In this document: in pieces, positions 56,442-64,000 of the stretch | Numbering within the stretch: the stretch's first letter is position 1 | How the letters are laid out: every line of letters starts with the position of its first letter | Assembly (NCBI GenBank): GCA_965223545.1 | Contig: OZ245006.1 | Span: 7,968,001 to 8,032,000, forward strand | Direction: 5' to 3' | DNA from: Planctomycetota bacterium | GTDB lineage: Bacteria; Planctomycetota; UBA1135; UBA2386 | Length of the DNA: 64,000 nt | Program-made: the position numbers and the translations under genes | Notes under the pieces: model-generated | The model's database searches: none | What the model was told of the DNA's origin: nothing | The model's input: the letters and a program-made list of their open reading frames with translations, nothing else

Positions 56442-57446
56442 CTACGCGTGCGAGCGAAACCAGCTCAAGACTTGCGGCACCAAGCCGCGGCGGTCCGACA
56501 GGCCCAAGTCCAGGCGCCCCGGGAAGGCCACGTGGCCGCTGCGCGGCGCCCGCCGGAACTCGAGCGGTGACGATGGTCCCGGCAAGAACGGTTCGACCAT
56601 GCGCAGCGGCACCATCGGATCGTCCTCGGCGAGGACCAGCAGCGCCGGCGAGCGCAGCTTCGGCAAGCGCGGCGCGATCGACAGCTCGCTGTAGTAGTGC
56701 TCGGGGTCGCGGTAGCCGTAGCGCGGTGCAATCGTCAGCCGGTCCCAGTCGTAGATGGTCTCCACTGCCTGGACTTCGGCGACCGGCGACGGCACCGCGC
56801 GGCGGGCGGCCACCGCCGTGTAGATCTGCTTGAGACCACCGAGCACCCAACGCCGGTAGGTCGCCACGTGCGGGCTGTCGATGTGACGCTGAGCGGCGCC
56901 GAGGTCGAGGGGCGTACAGAGCGCGGCGACGGCTCGCAATCGCGGGTGCGGTGGATCGCAGGCCAGGTGCAGCGCGACGTGGCCGCCCATCGAGAAGCCG
57001 AGCACGTAGAGGTGGCGATAGCCCTTGAGCTCGGGGCTCTGCAGCGCCGCGTGCAGATCGGCGGTGAGGGCGATGTTGTAAAAGTCCTCGCCGCGGCGGT
57101 CGGCGCCGCGCAGGGCGAGCCGCAGAGTCGAGTAGCCGGCGCGGGCCAGCGTGATCGCTGCCCCCCGCATGTAGACGCTGTCGGGGCTACCGCCGAGGCC
57201 GTGGACCAGCACGACCAGGGATTCGGCGCCCGGCACCTGCCGGAGTTGGCCGGTCAAGCGCAGCGCGCCCGTCTTGGGGTCGTGCACGGTGGTGTGCCAT
57301 GGCTGGCTCCGCTTGACCTGGGTCCGCCAGACGCGGTCGCGCAGGATTGGCCACACCGTGCGCATGTGCCCGCGCAGGGGCGCCCGGTGCACGCCGAAGG
57401 CGAGCCCGGGGGCGGTTTCGATGTTGGTGGCGGGATCGGTCTCCAT
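56442..57446 (-). CDS. YheT-like alpha/beta hydrolase
   Basis: 'HGLGGS...Y', 'GFSMGG', 'EDDPMV', 'GHVAF'. Confidence 0.88.
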   Translation of the reverse strand: METDPATNIETAPGLAFGVHRAPLRGHMRTVWPILRDRVWRTQVKRSQPWHTTVHDPKTGALRLTGQLRQVPGAESLVVLVHGLGGSPDSVYMRGAAITLARAGYSTLRLALRGADRRGEDFYNIALTADLHAALQSPELKGYRHLYVLGFSMGGHVALHLACDPPHPRLRAVAALCTPLDLGAAQRHIDSPHVATYRRWVLGGLKQIYTAVAARRAVPSPVAEVQAVETIYDWDRLTIAPRYGYRDPEHYYSELSIAPRLPKLRSPALLVLAEDDPMVPLRMVEPFLPGPSSPLEFRRAPRSGHVAFPGRLDLGLSDRRGLVPQVLSWFRSHA

Positions 57447-57558
57447 CGGGGCGTTGCGGCCAGCGGGCGATGGGCCGCCGCCGGGCCGCGAAAGAGTGTA
57501 CCTCGGTGGCGGCCGTGTCGAGCATCGCTCGCCGACAGAACCGCCGGCGCGACCGCCT

Positions 57559-58659
57559 TCAGGCGCCGCGCTGAACCGGCTGGCGCCGGCCGCGCAGCAG
57601 CCGGCGCATCCGCCGGCGCGGGTGTGGCACCGGCACCGCCGGGATCGCGTCAGCGCGCGTTTCGCCGGCCGCCAGGGCAGTCGGGCGCGGTGCGAAGTCC
57701 GGGTGATGGTCTTCGGCGAATCTGCGGCGGCCGCCCTCGGAGTCGGTCAGGGACGCGACCCGATGCGCGGCGCCGTAGTAGCCGTAGCTCACGTAGTGCG
57801 CACCGCCCTCGATCAGCGCGGCCTTCTTCTGCTCGTGGAACTCCGGCAGGTCGGCCCAGTGCACCCCCGGGTAGTCGTGGTGCTCGATGTGGTAGCCGAT
57901 GTTGAACATCGTCAGGTTGAAGAACGCCGAGGTGAAGCCGTTCGAGTGCTGCACCGGATGGGTCTCCGACTTGGCCCGACAGCCGGCGTGCTGGACGTAC
58001 ATGCCCGACCCCATCGTGACCGCGTTGCCGACCCACTGGGGCAGCACCCACAACCACAAGGCCATCTGCACGTCGATCCAGAACGGGATCGACCACAGCG
58101 CGGCGAAGATCGCGAGCTCGCGCAGCGCGCGCCGGCCGACGCGGTGGCCGCCGCGGCCGGTGGTGAAGTCGTGCCACAGATGCACCGCGTAGCGCCACGG
58201 CCAGTGCAGCAGGACGTAGCGGTAGATGTTCTCGAAGCTGCCGTCGGCGCGGCGCTTCGGCAGCGTCCAATCAGTCGGGCCCAGCAGATTGGCGTGGTGC
58301 ACCTTGACGTGCGCGTGCTGCCAGAAGAAGGAAGGCCAACCTCCCGAGAAGGTCCACAGCCGACCGAACCACCGGTTCAAGAACGGCCGGGTGAAGATGC
58401 GGCGGTGGGTGTGGTTGTGGAAGTTGACGCCGACGTCGATCCCCGAGGCCCAGCCCAACAAGAACGCGGCCGACGCGACGAACGCCGCCTTCGACCAGCC
58501 GTCGTGCAGGCCGGCGGCGTCGGGGTGCAGCCAGATCCAGAACGCGACGCCGTAGCCGACGAGGACGACCAAGTGGAACACGACGCAGTGGATGTCCTCG
58601 GGCCGGGCCAGCAGCCCGCGCCGCGGAGTGCGCGGCGCCGTCGTCGATGCGGCCGGCAT
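57559..58659 (-). CDS. Membrane fatty acid desaturase
   Basis: Three His boxes 'HNHTH', 'HVKVHH' and 'HIEHH' plus TM helices. ATG overlaps the upstream stop (TGATG). Confidence 0.88.
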   Translation of the reverse strand: MPAASTTAPRTPRRGLLARPEDIHCVVFHLVVLVGYGVAFWIWLHPDAAGLHDGWSKAAFVASAAFLLGWASGIDVGVNFHNHTHRRIFTRPFLNRWFGRLWTFSGGWPSFFWQHAHVKVHHANLLGPTDWTLPKRRADGSFENIYRYVLLHWPWRYAVHLWHDFTTGRGGHRVGRRALRELAIFAALWSIPFWIDVQMALWLWVLPQWVGNAVTMGSGMYVQHAGCRAKSETHPVQHSNGFTSAFFNLTMFNIGYHIEHHDYPGVHWADLPEFHEQKKAALIEGGAHYVSYGYYGAAHRVASLTDSEGGRRRFAEDHHPDFAPRPTALAAGETRADAIPAVPVPHPRRRMRRLLRGRRQPVQRGA

Positions 58660-58829
58660 CAGGCGCTCCAGGTGACGATCCGCCACCAGATGATCGTGAG
58701 GACGAGGCTGACCCAGGGGCCCCAGAGCAGGGTTCCCGAGATCAGCGCCAGCGCCACGATGGGAAACAGCGAACGTCCGACGAGCTGGAACAACACGGCG
58801 GACGGGGAGGTGGTGGGGGTGCGAGTCAC
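58659..58829 (-). CDS. Small membrane protein (~56 aa) coupled to the desaturase
   Basis: Hydrophobic 'LFPIVALALISGTLLWGPWVSLVLTIIWWRIV'. Its TGA overlaps the desaturase ATG. GTG start assumed. Confidence 0.55.
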   Translation of the reverse strand: MTRTPTTSPSAVLFQLVGRSLFPIVALALISGTLLWGPWVSLVLTIIWWRIVTWSA

Positions 58830-58953
58830 GGTTGCGGAGGTGCGGCGCTGCCCGACCTGCTCAACCCTGCCATGGAATCGACGATCGGGGAAGCGACCCC
58901 GGGCGGAAATTTTGCGAGATCCCGTCGCAGCCGGCAACCGCAACGCCCTTGGC

Positions 58954-59763
58954 ATGCGAGACTTCCCCCCGATGACGCGCCCTCCGCAAGCCCTCCCTCC
59001 GCTGCCCGAAGTCGGCCGCCGCTACGCGATGGAGCGCGTGGTGCGGCAGACCGACGTCACGCCACAGCGCCGCCTGCGGCTCGATGCCGTGGCGCGCTAC
59101 CTGCAGGACATCGCCACCGATGACGTCGTCGACGCCGGCCTCGACGAGCTCGAGTGGGTGGTGCGCCGGACGTTGATCGACGTCGCCGCGTTCCCCGTTG
59201 TCGGCGAGCGGGTCGTGGTGACGACCTACTGCTGGTCGCTCGGCAGCCGTTATGCGGAGCGGCGCACGACCATCGAGAGCCCTTCCGGGCGCATCGACAC
59301 GTTGACGCTTTGGATCCGCGTGGACGGCGGCACCGGCCGGCCGGCCGCGCTCAGCCCGGCGTTCCGCGCGCTGTACGAGACGGTGATCGAGGGCCGCCGG
59401 ACGCGGCCCCAACTGCGGTTGGGAGACGGCCGCCCCGACCCCGCTTCTCCGTCGACGGCTTGGGTGGTGCGGCCCACCGACCTCGATGGTCAAGGGCACG
59501 TCAACAACAGCGTCTACTGGGCGGTGGTCGAGGACGCCGTGGCCGCCGCGGGCAATGGCGACGCGCTGGGCGCGTACGAGATGGAGTTTCGCGCCGCCGC
59601 TGCGTTGGACGATCAGACGCGGTTGTTCACCGAGCAGCGGGAGGGCCGCCCTTGGTGGTGGCTCTGTGACGGCGAACGGGTCTTCACCGCCTGCGTCCAG
59701 TGGCCGGCCGGCGTGCTCCGTGGGCCCGCCGGTCAGACCAGATCGGAGTCGCCGAGCGTGTAG
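58954..59763 (+). CDS. Acyl-ACP thioesterase (double hot-dog)
   Basis: 'RLDAVARYLQDIA', 'WVVRR', 'DLDGQGHVNNSVY'. Confidence 0.85.
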   Translation: MRDFPPMTRPPQALPPLPEVGRRYAMERVVRQTDVTPQRRLRLDAVARYLQDIATDDVVDAGLDELEWVVRRTLIDVAAFPVVGERVVVTTYCWSLGSRYAERRTTIESPSGRIDTLTLWIRVDGGTGRPAALSPAFRALYETVIEGRRTRPQLRLGDGRPDPASPSTAWVVRPTDLDGQGHVNNSVYWAVVEDAVAAAGNGDALGAYEMEFRAAAALDDQTRLFTEQREGRPWWWLCDGERVFTACVQWPAGVLRGPAGQTRSESPSV

Positions 59764-60749
59764 TACCAGTGCGCGGCCAACACCTCGGGGGTCAGGCCGG
59801 GCTGTCCGACGCGATAGGTGAGCCGGCGCTCCAGGGTGTCGGCGGAGGCCACCACGTCGAAGCCGCGCGCGCGCAGGTGCGCGTACTCGCGGCAGGGCTC
59901 CGGCAAGATCGCCAACAGCCGCGTGCGGCCGGCGGCGCGGGCCCGTTCCAGGGTGGCCGCGAGCAAGGCATCGGCCACGGCGGTGTCGCCGGGAGCCAGC
60001 ATCCACTCGGCGATCGCGCAGGCGCCCGGCACCAGCGTGTCGTGCTCGGCGCGCAGCACCGCCAGCCCGCAAAGCGCGTTGTCGCGGCGAGCGGCGAGAA
60101 ACTCGTAGCGCGCCGACGGGCTGCGGCAGTAGCGCCAGTCGAGGTACGACGGTGTGCGTTCGATCGCGCAGCGCTCGCTGCCGATCACCTGCTGCGCCAA
60201 GCGAGAAACCTCCGCTTCGAGCGCGGGCTCTTCGAGCCCAGCCAGCGGCCCGACCTCCAGATCGCCGGCCACCGGCGGCGGGTTGCCGTCGGTGGAGCGC
60301 ACCAGGAAGTCGACGACGCGCAGCATGCTGTACTGCAAGTAGCGCTGGCCGACGCGCTCGGCTGCGCGCACCGGATAGCCGTAGAGCAGACCGTCGCCGC
60401 GCTCGATCCACTGCTCCAAGGCCGGACCCGCGGTCTGTACGAAGATTCCGGGCCGCTTGAGTCCGCGGCGATAGTCGGGGTGGACGAAGCTGTCGACGAT
60501 CTGTGAGAACGTCGTCGGCCCCAGTGGGGTCCGGGCCGCGTACGGCAGTGCGGCGTACTGCGCCGCGACGGTGCCGTCGGTGTCGACCGCCAGCAGGATG
60601 CGGTGGCCGTGCGGGTTGTCGGCGAACATCCAGCGCCAGGTCGCCAGGTCGCGGTCGACGTAGCCGGCGCCGCAAACCTCGCGAAAGACGAGGTTGAAGG
60701 ACTCCAGAATGCGCCGCTCGTCGCCCGGCTGGTAGTCGCGGACCAACAC
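59733..60749 (-). CDS. GNAT family acyltransferase (tandem GNAT fold)
   Basis: 'WRWMFADNP', 'DSFVHPDYRRG', 'YGYP', 'YLDWRY', 'LGDSD'. Start uncertain (GTG 60749 or ATG 60848). Confidence 0.75.
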   Translation of the reverse strand: MLVRDYQPGDERRILESFNLVFREVCGAGYVDRDLATWRWMFADNPHGHRILLAVDTDGTVAAQYAALPYAARTPLGPTTFSQIVDSFVHPDYRRGLKRPGIFVQTAGPALEQWIERGDGLLYGYPVRAAERVGQRYLQYSMLRVVDFLVRSTDGNPPPVAGDLEVGPLAGLEEPALEAEVSRLAQQVIGSERCAIERTPSYLDWRYCRSPSARYEFLAARRDNALCGLAVLRAEHDTLVPGACAIAEWMLAPGDTAVADALLAATLERARAAGRTRLLAILPEPCREYAHLRARGFDVVASADTLERRLTYRVGQPGLTPEVLAAHWYYTLGDSDLV

Positions 60750-60908
60750 TTGAACGCAGGCTATCGCCGCGCGCGGTGCGGTTCCAGGTCGGGTCTCGCC
60801 GTCGGCACGGCAAAGAGGGTCTCGACCGCCGGCCAAATGGCGTAGCATCGCCGGCCACCGCCTGGCGCGGCGCGCCGGACGCGACACGAATCAGACGAGG
60901 CTGCTTGT

Positions 60909-61934
60909 ATGGCGCGACGGGCGAGGATCTTGGCGGTCGGGAGTGCGGTTCCCGACGCGGTGGTCGAGAACGACGACTTGCTCGAGTGGATGGACACGTC
61001 GGATGCGTGGATTCGGCAGCGCTCCGGCATCGAACGCCGCCGCTGGGTCGAGCACGCCGCCGGCAACGCGACCTCGGACCTCGGCGAAGCCGCGGCCCGG
61101 CAAGCCTTGGAACGGGCCGGCCTGCAGCCGGCCGACGTCGACCTGATCGTGTTCGCCACGCTCAGCCCCGACCGGTCGTTTCCCGGCTCGGGCTGCTACC
61201 TGCAGGCCAAGCTCGGCGTGCCGGGGATCCCGGCCTTCGACATCCGCCAGCAGTGCTCGGGCTTCCTCTACGGCCTGTCGATGGCCGACCTCTACATCCG
61301 GTCCGGCCAGTACGACACGGTCCTGTTGGTCGGTGCCGAGGTGCAGTCGAAGTGCCTGGATCTGTCGACGCGCGGCCGCGACATGTCGGTCTTGTTCGCC
61401 GACGGTGCCGGCGCGGTCGTCATCGGCCCAACGGAAGTCGACGACGACGCACCGACCTCGGGCGAGTCGTTTCTGATCTCCCACCACCTGCACGCCGATG
61501 GCGCGTTTGCCGACGAGCTGCTATGGCCGGCACCGGGCACGGCCAACCGCGTCTGGATTCCGCCGGAGGCGATCGGCGAGGCGGCGGTGTACCCGCAGAT
61601 GAACGGGCGGCTGGTGTTCCAGCACGCCGTCAAGCGCATGCCCGAAGTGACGCTGGAGGCTCTGTCGGCCAACGGGCTGAGCGTCGACGACGTGGATCTG
61701 TTCGTCAATCACCAGGCCAACCAGCGGATCAACGACAAGGTCGCGGAGATCCTCGGTGTGCCGGCGGAGAAGGTCGTGCACACGATCGCGGACTACGGCA
61801 ACACCACGGCGGCGACGATCCCGATCGGTCTCGACACTGCAGAGCGCGACGGACGGTTGCGGCGCGGCATGCTGGTCTGCTCGGCGGCGTTCGGCAGCGG
61901 CTTCACCTGGGCGGCGTCGCTGTTCCGCTGGTGA
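60909..61934 (+). CDS. fabH: 3-oxoacyl-ACP synthase III family protein
   Basis: 'DTSDAWIRQRSGIERR', catalytic Cys 'QQCSGF', 'HQANQRI', 'GNTTAATIP', 'FGSGFTW'. Confidence 0.9.
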   Translation: MARRARILAVGSAVPDAVVENDDLLEWMDTSDAWIRQRSGIERRRWVEHAAGNATSDLGEAAARQALERAGLQPADVDLIVFATLSPDRSFPGSGCYLQAKLGVPGIPAFDIRQQCSGFLYGLSMADLYIRSGQYDTVLLVGAEVQSKCLDLSTRGRDMSVLFADGAGAVVIGPTEVDDDAPTSGESFLISHHLHADGAFADELLWPAPGTANRVWIPPEAIGEAAVYPQMNGRLVFQHAVKRMPEVTLEALSANGLSVDDVDLFVNHQANQRINDKVAEILGVPAEKVVHTIADYGNTTAATIPIGLDTAERDGRLRRGMLVCSAAFGSGFTWAASLFRW

Positions 61935-61937
61935 CGG

Positions 61938-63467
61938 CTACTCGCTCTCGGTGGCCTGTGCGCGCAGCGCGCGCTTGAGGATCTTGCCGGTCGGCCCCTT
62001 GGGCAGAGCGTCGAAGAAGCGGACGATGCGCGGGTACTTGTAGGCGGCGAGGTGCTGCTTGCAGTACGCGATGATCTCGTCGGCGGTGGCTTGCTGGCCA
62101 GGCTTGAGGGCCAGCATCGCCACGACTTCCTCGCCGTGGCGTTCGTCGGGAATGCCGATGACCGCGGCCTCGGCGATCGCGGGGTGCGCGTACAACACCT
62201 CCTCGATCTCGCGGGGGTACACGTTGAAGCCGCCGCGCAGGACCATGTCCTTGATCCGGTCGACGATGCGGTAGTAGCCATCGGCGTCGACCGTGCCGAC
62301 GTCGCCGGTGCGGAACCAGCCGTCGCGCAGGGCGGCCTCGGTCTCTTCGGGGCGGCGGTAGTAGCCGCGCATGACGTTGTGTCCCTTGATGCAGATCTCG
62401 CCGGGGGTGTCGATCGCGCTGACCGTCGCGCCGCTCTCGTCGATCAGCCGAAACTCGACTCCCCGGATCGGTTGGCCGACCGTGCCGGGTTTGCGCGGTA
62501 GGCTGAGCACGTTGAAGCTGGCGACCGGGGACGTCTCGGACAGGCCGTAGCCCTCGAGGATGTTGACGCCGAACTTCTGATCGAAGGCGTGCATGACCTC
62601 GACCGGCATCGGCGCGCCGCCCGACACGCAGTAGCGCAGCCGCGGTGGCGGCTCGTCCTCTTCGTGGTGCAGCAGCGCGAAGAACATCGTCGGCACGCCG
62701 GCGAACGCGGACACGGCGTGGCGGCGCATCAGCGCCAGCGCAGGCCCCGGCTCGAAGCGGGGTTGCAGCACGATGGCGCCGCCGACCGACAAGTGTGCGT
62801 TCTGCAGCGCGGTCTGGCCGAAGCTGTGAAACAGCGGCAGCGCGACCAGCGCGACGCCGGTGTGGTCGACCGGGGTCAGATGGCTGGCGACGTACTCCGC
62901 GTTGTAGAACAGGTTGAACTGGGTGAGCTCGGCGCCCTTGGGATGACCCGTGGTTCCCGAGGTGTAGAGGATCACCGCGACGTCGTCGGCAGCCGTCGGC
63001 GTTGGTTCGTCGTCGGGTGTCGCGGTCTCCACCAGGGGGGCGAGGGCCGTGGCGGGCGCCGCGGCCTCGTCACAGCCGGCCAGCAGGAGGTGCCGGCAAC
63101 CGGCGACGCGCTCGAAACCGTCGCGCGCGGCCTCGGCGAAGCCGTGCCAGGCGATCAACGCGACCGCGTCGCAGTCGTCGAGGTGGTACTCGATCTCATC
63201 GGCGACCAGCAGCACGTTGAGCGGCACGACCACTGCGCCGATGTGATGGCACGCGAAGTAGCAGATCGTGAAGTCGGGGACGTTCGGCAGCAGTAACGCG
63301 ACGTGGTCGCCGCGGCCGATGCCGAGCGCGCGGAGCGCGCCGGCGGTCGCGCGGCAGCGCCGGTAGAGCTCGCGGTGATCGAGCATCGCGTCGCCGCAGA
63401 ACACCGCCGGCCGCGCGGGGTGGCGGCGCGCGTTGTCACGCACCCAGGTTGCCAAGTTGAGGGTCAT
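61938..63467 (-). CDS. Long-chain fatty acid--CoA ligase
   Basis: 'YTSGTTGHPKG', 'GYGLSETSP', 'WFRTGD', 'NVYPREIEE', 'GPTGKILK'. Confidence 0.93.
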   Translation of the reverse strand: MTLNLATWVRDNARRHPARPAVFCGDAMLDHRELYRRCRATAGALRALGIGRGDHVALLLPNVPDFTICYFACHHIGAVVVPLNVLLVADEIEYHLDDCDAVALIAWHGFAEAARDGFERVAGCRHLLLAGCDEAAAPATALAPLVETATPDDEPTPTAADDVAVILYTSGTTGHPKGAELTQFNLFYNAEYVASHLTPVDHTGVALVALPLFHSFGQTALQNAHLSVGGAIVLQPRFEPGPALALMRRHAVSAFAGVPTMFFALLHHEEDEPPPRLRYCVSGGAPMPVEVMHAFDQKFGVNILEGYGLSETSPVASFNVLSLPRKPGTVGQPIRGVEFRLIDESGATVSAIDTPGEICIKGHNVMRGYYRRPEETEAALRDGWFRTGDVGTVDADGYYRIVDRIKDMVLRGGFNVYPREIEEVLYAHPAIAEAAVIGIPDERHGEEVVAMLALKPGQQATADEIIAYCKQHLAAYKYPRIVRFFDALPKGPTGKILKRALRAQATESE

Positions 63468-63542
63468 CGAGGGCAGCGGGCTTGATCGCGTTCGATCTTG
63501 ATCCATTTCGAAGGACAGTGCAACGCCGTAGAGTTGCCGGCG

Positions 63543-64000
63543 ATGCACCGCCACCATGTCCTGACGCTGCTCGAGCACTACCACCGCCGCCAACCGGCCG
63601 AGCGGGCTCGCGTCGACGACGTCGTGCATTTCGTGCAGGCCCGGCCCGACTGCTTCCTCCGCACCTGCCGGCCGGGGCACGTCACGGGTTCTGCCTGGCT
63701 GACTTCCGCCGACGCGCGCCGCTGTGTGCTGGTGCAGCACAAGGCGCTCGGCCGGTGGTTGCAACCCGGCGGGCATTCGGACGGCGAGCCCGAGGTGCAC
63801 CGCACCGCGCTGCGCGAGGCGCGCGAGGAGACCGGCATGTGGGACGCCGAGCTGTGGATGCCGAGCGACGGCCCGCGATTGCTCGACGTCGACGTGCATC
63901 GCATCCCGGCGCGCGAGCGCGCCGACGGCTCGGTCGAGCCGGCCCACCTGCACTACGACCTGCGGTTCTGGGTCATCGCACCGGATGACGCGACGCCGCA
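63543..64000 (+). CDS. NUDIX hydrolase, 3'-truncated by the window edge (not in the ORF track)
   Basis: Hand translation from ATG 63543: 'MHRHHVL...GHVTGSAW...WLQPGGHSDGE....ALREAREETG', which contains the Nudix box. Confidence 0.88.
   Translation, partial: MHRHHVLTLLEHYHRRQPAERARVDDVVHFVQARPDCFLRTCRPGHVTGSAWLTSADARRCVLVQHKALGRWLQPGGHSDGEPEVHRTALREAREETGMWDAELWMPSDGPRLLDVDVHRIPARERADGSVEPAHLHYDLRFWVIAPDDATP

Overview
Gene-dense, very GC-rich (about 70% by eye) bacterial window. It probably comes from an uncultured Planctomycetota lineage, inferred from DUF1570, CRTAC1/ASPIC-UnbV, multidomain sulfatases, DUF6807 and a secreted HEAT-repeat protein. 1-22 kb holds secreted and envelope enzymes: an SLC13 transporter, an SGNH hydrolase, a tandem M14 peptidase pair, two multidomain sulfatases and an FG-GAP protein. 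22-41 kb is a Wzy-type polysaccharide locus (wza, wzc, PHP phosphatase, two O-antigen ligase/polymerase-family genes, WecA/MraY-like initiator, GT2, GT4s, wzx, wecB). 43.5-49.3 kb is an accessory block. It contains an apparently complete IS110-family element (43748-45505, AT core at both junctions) inserted into one copy of a ~200-bp structured tandem repeat, followed by a lower-GC GH42-like glycoside hydrolase. 49-64 kb holds housekeeping genes and a fatty-acid modification cluster. The strongest signal is the IS110 system. Its boundaries can be reconstructed from sequence alone, its 194-nt 5' non-coding end is structured and carries a near-exact copy of the element's own circle junction (candidate bridge RNA), its recombinase has Thr at the usual catalytic Ser position, and its target is an unrecognised repeat family with compensatory base changes. 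Several apparent pseudo-enzymes were also seen. No rRNA, tRNA or CRISPR array was recognised. All product calls come from motif reading, not database searches, and start codons are best estimates.
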